Shown one piece after another: positions 1 through 7,140 of a DNA stretch of 64,000 nt; position 1 is the stretch's first letter; each line of letters opens with the position of its first letter. The notes below the pieces were generated by a model. The model did not search any database. It was not told the origin of the DNA and worked only from the letters and a program-made list of their open reading frames with translations. The DNA lies in IMG/VR virus record IMGVR_UViG_3300027736_000020, positions 1 to 64,000 of that record. One strand, written 5' to 3'. Both the position numbers and the translations under genes were made by a program. Source of the stretch: a virus.

Positions 1-19
1 ACCTCCACACCCCAACAAG

Positions 20-349
20 GCACATGCGGGAGCATGTGCATCCCCGCGAAGCGGTGATCCAGCAAGACGATGAAAACGCATCATGTTGACACGTGTCCGC
101 GATGCCCCCCAAGGTGGTAACGGGGATTAAGAGACTTGGGTGGTTGCGCTGGTGTGGGGGAAGTGCGTGCTCGCTCCGTGATTGTGACGTAGCAATGATC
201 GCTCAGGAACGAGATGGCGATATGGCTTCATCGCAGTGATCTTGAAGAACGCACAGAGGGGGTCAGGGGGCGAAGCCCCGTTGCAGGTGGTTTGGAGGAC
301 GGAGTCCTCCAATAAGATGGGGCTACGAGCGCAGCGAGTAGCATCCATC
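20..349. other. Cluster of stem-loops in non-coding DNA, several with C-GNA-G triloops
   Basis: GCACATGC-GGGA-GCATGTGC (20-39); CCGC-GAA-GCGG (44-54); GGGGC-GAA-GCCCC (267-279); TTGGAGGAC-GGA-GTCCTCCAA (292-312); GCTAC-GAGC-GCA-GCGA-GTAGC inside GATGG/CCATC (316-349). Confidence 0.75.
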
Positions 350-461
350 AGCAGTAGAGAGGCAGCAACAAGGAGTGAAGGTAGCAAGGAGGGAAAGTGA
401 AGTGACGCCTTGTGTTGAAGAGTGAGTGATCATCCCCATGGTGGAGAGGGGATAAGTCCTT

Positions 462-610
462 CTTGGTGAACGACAGGCAAGCGGCCTTGGTGAACGGCAG
501 GAAAGTCGGCCTTGGTGAACGACAGGAAAGTCGGCCTTGGTGAACGGCAGGAAAGTCGGCCTTGGTGAACGGCAGGCAAGTCGGACTTGGTGAACGGCAG
601 GCAAGTCGGC
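462..610 (+). repeat. Six head-to-tail ~25-bp direct repeats (iteron-like)
   Basis: Units start at 462 (24 bp), 486, 511, 536, 561, 586. Consensus CTTGGTGAACG(G/A)CAGG(A/C)AAGTCGGC. No spacers, and the period is not a multiple of 3. Confidence 0.95.
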
Positions 611-810
611 AGGCCCAGAGGGGGTCAACAAGCAAGCCCGGGGGGTCTCAGAGCAACGCTTGAGCGTCGTGGTGGTGTGAGGCAAGCCCGCCAAGCGGGA
701 CACCCTAAGGACTACCGTCTAGGGGCCAGCGGCCAGCTGGCCCAGTATATAGGATAAGCCCCCATCACATATCCTTTTCCCCGACACCTCATCTCCCCAC
801 ACATTCCTTC

Positions 811-910
811 CCGTTTTCCGGAAAAAATTTGCAAAAAAAATTTTCAAAAAAAATTCCCGGATAGTAACCCCTGAAGGATACCTGACGGGGAATACGGTAC
901 TATCCGGGAA
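811..910. other. A-tract/AT-rich element followed by a 13-bp perfect inverted repeat
   Basis: A6 (822-827), A8 (833-840), A8 (846-853); TTCCCGGATAGTA (854-866) and TACTATCCGGGAA (898-910). Confidence 0.85.
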
Positions 911-1037
911 GAGGGTAAAGGGGAGAAGCGTCCAGTTCCCGTTACGGAGTATACATGATACCGGGATACCCGTCACATACCGGATGGGCGCACGAAAAAA
1001 TAAAAAATAAAAGGCGACAGTGCAGGATCAACACTCC

Positions 1038-1046
1038 TGTTATACT
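1038..1046 (+). promoter_or_regulatory. Putative extended -10 promoter TGnTATACT upstream of dnaE
   Basis: TGTTATACT about 20 nt before the ATG. The same TATACT word recurs before four other plus-strand genes. Confidence 0.55.
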
Positions 1047-1066
1047 GGGGGAAAAGGGAAGCACCG

Positions 1067-4000
1067 ATGAGTGGACAGGTTGTTCAGCTGCACAATCACA
1101 GTGAGTACTCGATCCTTGATGGGAGGTCACGGATCGGGGAGTTGGTGGGGCGGGTTGTGGAGTTGGGGCAGCCAGCGGTGGCGTTGACGGATCATGGGGG
1201 GATGTACGGAACGATAGAGTTCTACCGGAGTGCGCGTGAGGCGGGGGTAAAGCCGATCCTTGGGGTGGAGGCGTATGTGGCGGCTGGGCCGTTGGATCGG
1301 AAGGATCCGGTGCTGGACAGGCACCAGACGCATCTGACCTTGTTGGCGATGAATGTCGAAGGGTATCAGAATCTTCTCAAGTTGACTTCGCTTGCGCACA
1401 TGAAGGGAATGTATTACAAGCCACGGATTGATCTTGAGGCGCTTGGGCGTCACAGTGATGGGCTGGTGATATTGTCGGGATGCATGGGTGGTGGGGTGGC
1501 GCAATCGTTCCTGCATGGGGATGGGAGTGAGGGCCGTCGATTGGTGGATCGATATCTGTCGATGGTGGGTGCTGATCGGTTCTTCATTGAGGTGCATGAT
1601 CATGGGTTGGATGAGCAGAAGAGACTGAACCCCTTGTTGTTTGCCTTGGCGAAGGAGAAGGGGCTGGGGGTAGTGGCGGCTTGTGACAGTCATTATGTGT
1701 TGCGTGAGGATGCAAAGTCGCATGATGTGTTGTTGGCGATTCAGACTGGATCGACATTGGATGATCCGTCGAGATTCCGTATCCGTCCCTATGGGGAATA
1801 TTATGTCAAGTCCTATGAGGAGATGCGGAAGGCATTCCCTGAGCATGCGTTACGCAACACGGTGCGGATAGCGGAGATGTGCAACGTGGAGCTGGATTTC
1901 TCGAAGGTGATGTTGCCGGAGTTCGAGATTGCGGCTGGACATACGGTGATGAGCAAGCTTCGTGAGGAGGTGCTTGCGGGATTGTCCAAGCGTGGGATCA
2001 TGACGGATGCATGGATGGAGAGAATAGAGTATGAATTGGGAATCATTGGCAAGGCAGGATACGGACGGTATTTCCTGATCGTACAGGATTACGTGCAATA
2101 TGCAAGAAGTCAGGGAATCATGGCAGTTCCTAGGGGTTCGGTTGCAGGATCGCTTTGCATGTATGCATTGGGTATCTGTGACATAGATCCAGTGAAATAC
2201 GATATCATGTTCGAGAGGTTCCTGCATGAGGAACGGAAGGGCATGCCTGATGTTGACATGGATTTTGCTGATGATCGGCGCGATGCTGTTATTTCGTATG
2301 TTACGCAGCGGTACGGAGCAGACCGGGTTGCCCACATCGGCACCTTTCAGACGTTGGGGGCCAGAGCCGCAATCAAGGACGTGGCGAGAGTACTGGGAAT
2401 TGATTACGGGGAAACGAACCGTCTGACGCGAGGGTTTCCGTCCAAGGGTGACGTGACGTTGGCGTCGTTGCGGGAGCTTGATGCGGTACGGGATGCGATA
2501 GTGGCGAACCCGGTGATGGGTGAGGCGTGGGAGATTGCGACGGAGCTTGAGGGGTTGGTGCGGGGGTTCGGGACGCATGCGGCGGGGATCCTGATTGCGG
2601 CGACGGCGCTTGATGAGGTGGTGCCGATCCAGATGCCGCCGGGAAAGCACACCTCGTTGTTGACTGCGGTGACGCAGTATGACAACAACAACCGGACTGC
2701 GGTGATCGAGTCGATTGGCTTGTCGAAGTTCGACTTCCTTGGCTTGGCGAATCTGACGAGCATACGCAGTGCGTGTGCGTTGATCAAGCACCGGCATGGA
2801 ATAGATCTGTACGGGCAGAGCGGAGAGAAGCTCTACAGCGAGTTGCCGGTGGAGTATGCAAATCCGTTGGCAGCAAGGACGTACGACATGCTGGCGGCAG
2901 GGGAGACGACTGCGGTGTTCCAGATGGAATCACCGGGCATGCGCAAGGCATTGCGGTTGGTGAAGCCGACACGGCTTGAGGATTTGCCTGCGGTGGTGGC
3001 ATTGTACCGTCCGGGTCCGATGGAGAACATTCCCGTGTTTGCGGCGGCCAAGGCTGATCCGGGTCTGGTGAGGAAGTATCATCCGGATATTGACCGTTTC
3101 CTTGCCGAGACCTATGGGGTGGTGACGTATCAGGATCAGGTGTTGCTTCTGGCGAGGACGATTGCGGGATTCACATGGGGGGAAGTCGATGTCTTGCGAA
3201 AAGGAATGGGGAAGAAGCTGGCGTCGGTCATCAATGAGCAGAAGAAGAAATTCCTTGAGGGAAGTGTGGCCCGTGGGTACGAGGAGGATCTTGCTGAAAC
3301 GCTTTGGGAAACGGTGGCTCCTTTTGCCGGATACGGATTCAACAAGGCGCATGCGTATTGCTATGGCTATGTGGCCTACATCACGGCGTTCCTGAAGGCC
3401 AATTTTGCGGTGGAGTACATGACGGCAGTGCTGACGCTTGAAGCCGGGAACAGGGAGAAGACGGCAGAGGCGGTGATGGAATGCAAGCGTTTGGGCATCA
3501 TGGTCCTGCCTCCGCGGATCAACGAATCGCTCAAGTCCTATGCGATCCTTGGGGATGACCAGATTCTCTACGGATTGTCTGCCTTGCAGAACATGGGTGA
3601 TGCGCATCTGGATAAATTGCTTGGGAAGAGGGACGAGAATGGCGGGTTTGCCTCGGCGGAGGAGTCCCTTGCAGGGATGAATATCCGTGCGGCGACGGCC
3701 TTGGTGAAATCCGGGGCACTGGACTTGTGGGGTGATCGCAATGCCTTGCTTGATGCGATGACGACGCAATCGGTGAAGCGGAAGCCGGGTCAGATGTCCA
3801 TGTTCGGGGCGGAGGATTTCCGGAATTACGTGCCGATGTCCGATCAGGATTTGATGGCCTATGAGAAGGAGGCGTTCGGATTCTATCTGACCAAGAATCC
3901 GTTGGCGAATGAGGTGTTCGATCAGCGGTGTACTGCTACCAGCCTTTCGATTGGCGACATGGCGGATGAGCAGGTGGTAATTGGCGGCATGGTGACCAAG

Positions 4001-4213
4001 GTGAAGACGCACGTACAGAAGAACGGGAAGCCCATGGCCTTCGTGGACATGGAGGACATGTTCGGCAAACTTTCCTGTGTGTTCTTCGGATCGATCTATG
4101 CGCGATATGCATCGTTCCTGAAACCGGACTCGATGGTGCTGATTGAAGGAACCGTGCGCATGCGCGAGGAAGAGCCAAGCATCATTGCAACAACGCTCAT
4201 GATGGTTGGATAA
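1067..4213 (+). CDS. dnaE: DNA polymerase III alpha subunit (DnaE family, phage-encoded)
   Basis: PHP motifs HNHSEYSILDG, TDHG, GVEAY, SGC, DSHY; RGSVAGSL; catalytic MPDVDMDF; GFNKAHAYCY; clamp-binding QMSMF; C-terminal OB fold (GKPMAFVDMEDMFG). Confidence 0.97.
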   Translation: MSGQVVQLHNHSEYSILDGRSRIGELVGRVVELGQPAVALTDHGGMYGTIEFYRSAREAGVKPILGVEAYVAAGPLDRKDPVLDRHQTHLTLLAMNVEGYQNLLKLTSLAHMKGMYYKPRIDLEALGRHSDGLVILSGCMGGGVAQSFLHGDGSEGRRLVDRYLSMVGADRFFIEVHDHGLDEQKRLNPLLFALAKEKGLGVVAACDSHYVLREDAKSHDVLLAIQTGSTLDDPSRFRIRPYGEYYVKSYEEMRKAFPEHALRNTVRIAEMCNVELDFSKVMLPEFEIAAGHTVMSKLREEVLAGLSKRGIMTDAWMERIEYELGIIGKAGYGRYFLIVQDYVQYARSQGIMAVPRGSVAGSLCMYALGICDIDPVKYDIMFERFLHEERKGMPDVDMDFADDRRDAVISYVTQRYGADRVAHIGTFQTLGARAAIKDVARVLGIDYGETNRLTRGFPSKGDVTLASLRELDAVRDAIVANPVMGEAWEIATELEGLVRGFGTHAAGILIAATALDEVVPIQMPPGKHTSLLTAVTQYDNNNRTAVIESIGLSKFDFLGLANLTSIRSACALIKHRHGIDLYGQSGEKLYSELPVEYANPLAARTYDMLAAGETTAVFQMESPGMRKALRLVKPTRLEDLPAVVALYRPGPMENIPVFAAAKADPGLVRKYHPDIDRFLAETYGVVTYQDQVLLLARTIAGFTWGEVDVLRKGMGKKLASVINEQKKKFLEGSVARGYEEDLAETLWETVAPFAGYGFNKAHAYCYGYVAYITAFLKANFAVEYMTAVLTLEAGNREKTAEAVMECKRLGIMVLPPRINESLKSYAILGDDQILYGLSALQNMGDAHLDKLLGKRDENGGFASAEESLAGMNIRAATALVKSGALDLWGDRNALLDAMTTQSVKRKPGQMSMFGAEDFRNYVPMSDQDLMAYEKEAFGFYLTKNPLANEVFDQRCTATSLSIGDMADEQVVIGGMVTKVKTHVQKNGKPMAFVDMEDMFGKLSCVFFGSIYARYASFLKPDSMVLIEGTVRMREEEPSIIATTLMMVG

Positions 4214-4219
4214 GTGAAA

Positions 4220-4228
4220 TGGTATACT
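4220..4228 (+). promoter_or_regulatory. Putative extended -10 promoter TGGTATACT
   Basis: Lies in the intergenic gap after the dnaE stop, followed by AAAGG RBS and ATG 4242. Confidence 0.5.
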
Positions 4229-4241
4229 TGAAAGGTAGTGC

Positions 4242-4487
4242 ATGATGATTCCGATTGACAGGATTGACAGCCCACGTGATGATGCTTGGTTACGCAGGTT
4301 GCGTGAACCAAACGAATGGTGGGATGCGCAGTATGGAAGGCGACAGCGAAGGAAGCAGCGTCGCATCAAGGAAGAGCGAGTAGTTTCGCGGATCGTTGAT
4401 GTGGACACTTCAAACCTCGAAGGACCTTGCATTCCTCCGATACTCATCATTGCTGCCATTGGAGTGCTCGCATGGATACTTATCTGA
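4242..4487 (+). CDS. Small hypothetical protein with C-terminal hydrophobic segment
   Basis: RBS AAAGGT upstream; fills the gap between dnaE and thyA; ends ILIIAAIGVLAWILI. Confidence 0.55.
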   Translation: MMIPIDRIDSPRDDAWLRRLREPNEWWDAQYGRRQRRKQRRIKEERVVSRIVDVDTSNLEGPCIPPILIIAAIGVLAWILI

Positions 4488-5278
4488 AATTGGCAACATC
4501 GGTGTTGGAGTTCGGTGAACTCCGTGGTGACCGGACAGGTACAGGCACGTACTCGCTGTTTTCTCCGGGTGAGCTTCGGTATTCGCTTCGCAATGGGTTT
4601 CCGATTGTCACGACCAAGCGGATTGCATGGAGGTTCGTGGTTACGGAGCTTCTGTGGTTCCTGCGTGGGGATACCAATGTCACGTGGCTTCAGAACCAAG
4701 GAGTGGATATCTGGGATGAATGGGCGGATGATGAGGGAAATCTCGGGCCGGTCTATGGCAAGCAGTGGCGTTCATGGGAGAATTACGAGGGCGGCACGGT
4801 TGATCAGATCAGCCGGGTGATCCGCAGCATCCGGGAGAACCCGGAGAGCCGAAGGCACATCGTCAGCGCATGGAATGTGGGGCAGTTGCATGAGATGGCC
4901 CTTCCTCCCTGCCATCTGCTTTTCCAGTTTCATGTGTCGGAGAAAAGCGTGCTGCATGTGAAGGTGACCCAGCGGAGTGCGGATGTCTTCCTTGGTCTTC
5001 CGTTCAATATCTCTTCCTATGCCTTGCTGCTTTCCATTGTGGCACGGTTATGCGATCTGATGCCCGGTGACGTGATCATGTCCCTTGGTGATGCGCATGT
5101 CTATCTCACTCATGTCCCGCAAATGCGGGAGCAGATCGGGCGGGCAAGCAGGGTATTGCCCGAGTTGGTGTTGCCAACGTTCCACTCGCTTGATGAGCTT
5201 GTGGACATTGATCCCAAGGAATTCCAGTTGAAAGGATATGAGCCATGGCCGAGTCTCAAGGCAAAAATCGCCGTGTAG
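4472..5278 (+). CDS. thyA: Thymidylate synthase ThyA
   Basis: DRTGTGT, ELLWFLRG, WDEWADDEGNLGPVYGKQWR, MALPPCH, QRSADVFLGLPFN. Start reassigned to ATG 4472 (GGAG RBS at 4461). Confidence 0.97.
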   Translation: MDTYLKLATSVLEFGELRGDRTGTGTYSLFSPGELRYSLRNGFPIVTTKRIAWRFVVTELLWFLRGDTNVTWLQNQGVDIWDEWADDEGNLGPVYGKQWRSWENYEGGTVDQISRVIRSIRENPESRRHIVSAWNVGQLHEMALPPCHLLFQFHVSEKSVLHVKVTQRSADVFLGLPFNISSYALLLSIVARLCDLMPGDVIMSLGDAHVYLTHVPQMREQIGRASRVLPELVLPTFHSLDELVDIDPKEFQLKGYEPWPSLKAKIAV

Positions 5279-6615
5279 CATGGTTCGAGAACTCCGTGCA
5301 TCCTTTGTTACGGAAAAGTGAAGATGAACCTTCGGATCCAGAGATCGGACGTTTCGTGGATCCTCCAAAACGCTTTGTCCCAGATCCGATTACGTATACT
5401 GGGTCAGATGAGGATTATCATGGGCCCGGAAGTAATTGGTTTTCTCAAACGTACGGAAATCCCAGACTTCTCGGTCACGAGGGAGCCAATGTACAGATGT
5501 ATGATGAGCCAAACACACTCGGAGGTGCATCGGTGGTCAAATGGGGAGGCCCACACTGGCCTTTTCGTCATACTACACCAACGGATGGGGTGAAAACGTA
5601 TGAGAATGGCAGGCAAGTCGGAGTGGTGAGCGTCAGTGACCGCAGCAGTGGTCCTTTCAGACAGGCGCAAGTTATTGATCCTCCGGGCGACTTGAAGCGC
5701 GAAGCATCGATTACGGCAGGCCTTGGTGCTCTCGGCCTTGCGCCACAGGTGCTTGGATATTATCCAGATGCTGCTAAGGCCCCATCGAGGTTTGCATTCG
5801 AACGCACAGACGACTACGGCGAGCGAATGTATGGCGATTACCTTGGTAATCAAGCACTCCACACCACACACGCGGGAAATGATGGATTCCGATCCGTTGC
5901 AAAATGGCACAATTGGGATCATTCGGATCCCGAGCAGCATGTGAATGATCTGATTTCCTTGTGGCAATCGGGACTCACGTCGATGCAAAGAATGCATCAG
6001 GCAGGATATGGACATGGAAATCTTTTGGAATTCAAGGATGACCATATCTGGCATAATCCCGAATCGAATGAAGTGCGATTTACCGACTTCGGAGGTAACG
6101 ATAGTTTTGGTCCAAATGATCCCTTTCATCAGAACAGCAGTTGGGGTAAACCCGAAATTGTGGAAAATGGCAAGAAAATGGTACGCCTTCGTGACATGAG
6201 TGGACTGACGAATACCATATTTGGACTGATGACGTTTGGTCGTCAACCCGAAAGAATGAAGCAGTTTGAAGATCAGGCTCGTCGCGAACAGGGAATCAGT
6301 GCCAGCAATATTGTCACGCAATCGGCAAAGAAACAGGCAAGGCAGGAGTTTCTTGAAAACCCTGAAGAGTTTTACGAAACCATGTTGAAGCCGCAAGGAT
6401 ATGGGACAAAAGATCCTGAAAAATTCAAAAAATTCATGGAGGCTCTTCGGTCCTCCATGCTTGATCCAACGGTACTGCAAAGTCCCTTTTCATTAGGAAA
6501 TATTGATTATGACACGTATGTTAAACATGTGCGGAATAGTGTGTCTGAGTTATCACAAGCAAGAAAAAGCATGAAAAAGAGCTGGTTCAGTCTTTCTGTA
6601 CTTGGAAAGAGATAA
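5245..6615 (+). CDS. Protein-kinase-like fold protein with HGN catalytic loop (probable pseudokinase), possibly virion-associated
   Basis: REASITAGLGALGLAPQV (alphaC-like), MHQAGYGHGNL, VRFTDFG; terminal WFENSV and KKSWFSLSV motifs. Confidence 0.6.
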   Translation: MAESQGKNRRVAWFENSVHPLLRKSEDEPSDPEIGRFVDPPKRFVPDPITYTGSDEDYHGPGSNWFSQTYGNPRLLGHEGANVQMYDEPNTLGGASVVKWGGPHWPFRHTTPTDGVKTYENGRQVGVVSVSDRSSGPFRQAQVIDPPGDLKREASITAGLGALGLAPQVLGYYPDAAKAPSRFAFERTDDYGERMYGDYLGNQALHTTHAGNDGFRSVAKWHNWDHSDPEQHVNDLISLWQSGLTSMQRMHQAGYGHGNLLEFKDDHIWHNPESNEVRFTDFGGNDSFGPNDPFHQNSSWGKPEIVENGKKMVRLRDMSGLTNTIFGLMTFGRQPERMKQFEDQARREQGISASNIVTQSAKKQARQEFLENPEEFYETMLKPQGYGTKDPEKFKKFMEALRSSMLDPTVLQSPFSLGNIDYDTYVKHVRNSVSELSQARKSMKKSWFSLSVLGKR

Positions 6616-6992
6616 TGAAAAAACTACTGATGTTCTTTGCCATGATTACGCTGACATTGGTGGTGGTCACCGCAACGGTCAGGATTTTGTCTCACATTGA
6701 TGTGCAGGCACGCGCAACAGAGGATGTGCAATCCGAGTTGGTCCGAATCAAGGAACAGCAACAGTTCCTGTTCGCCTCGTTTTGCAATGAAACCAACATG
6801 CGGGCAAGGAAACCACAGGAACTCAGTTATGCCGAGTGCATGGATTATGCACGCAATACCTACGTGGAAATGAAAAAGGTTCCGACACCGACGGTATTGG
6901 AATACGCGACAACCCGCAGGGGACTTGGCAAACCGGAACCTACTCCTTGCAGTGGTGAATTGCCATGCGGAACCAAGAAACTTGCTTCATGA
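6615..6992 (+). CDS. Hypothetical protein with N-terminal signal/transmembrane helix
   Basis: MKKLLMFFAMITLTLVVVTATV; start overlaps the upstream stop (TAATG). Confidence 0.75.
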   Translation: MKKLLMFFAMITLTLVVVTATVRILSHIDVQARATEDVQSELVRIKEQQQFLFASFCNETNMRARKPQELSYAECMDYARNTYVEMKKVPTPTVLEYATTRRGLGKPEPTPCSGELPCGTKKLAS

Positions 6993-7096
6993 TGAAGCCT
7001 GTTCATTTCCTTGTCATTGGCTGCATGTATCTTTTGGCATCATTGCTCATGCATGCATTGTTTTCATCAATAGCCTTTTCCATTTGATAATCATAT

Positions 7097-7104
7097 TGTA
7101 TACT
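7097..7104 (+). promoter_or_regulatory. Putative -10 element TATACT
   Basis: TGTATACT in the 148-nt intergenic region before the 1529-aa gene; AAAGGA RBS follows. Confidence 0.4.
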
Positions 7105-7140
7105 TGTTCTTGAGGATACATTTCCAAAAGGACAACAACT

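Noticed and set aside
462-610. CRISPR array
   Set aside because: Repeats are directly adjacent with no unique spacers, and no cas genes are present.
127-1130. Short ORFs in the left non-coding region (127-387, 323-703, 348-635, 719-976, 942-1130)
   Set aside because: Translations are read-throughs of the 25-bp repeats and hairpins, mutually overlapping, with no protein-like features.
1127-4699. Long antisense ORFs opposite dnaE/thyA (589, 315 and 239 aa)
   Set aside because: Shadow frames produced by the GC-rich codon bias of well-supported plus-strand genes.
5404-6480. 358-aa antisense ORF opposite the kinase-like gene
   Set aside because: No motifs; the plus-strand ORF has the RBS, operon context and kinase motifs.
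6925-7113. Embedded o-spanin overlapping the 6615-6992 membrane protein
   Set aside because: LAVVNC is not a canonical lipobox, the TTG start is weak and the pair is far from the endolysin.
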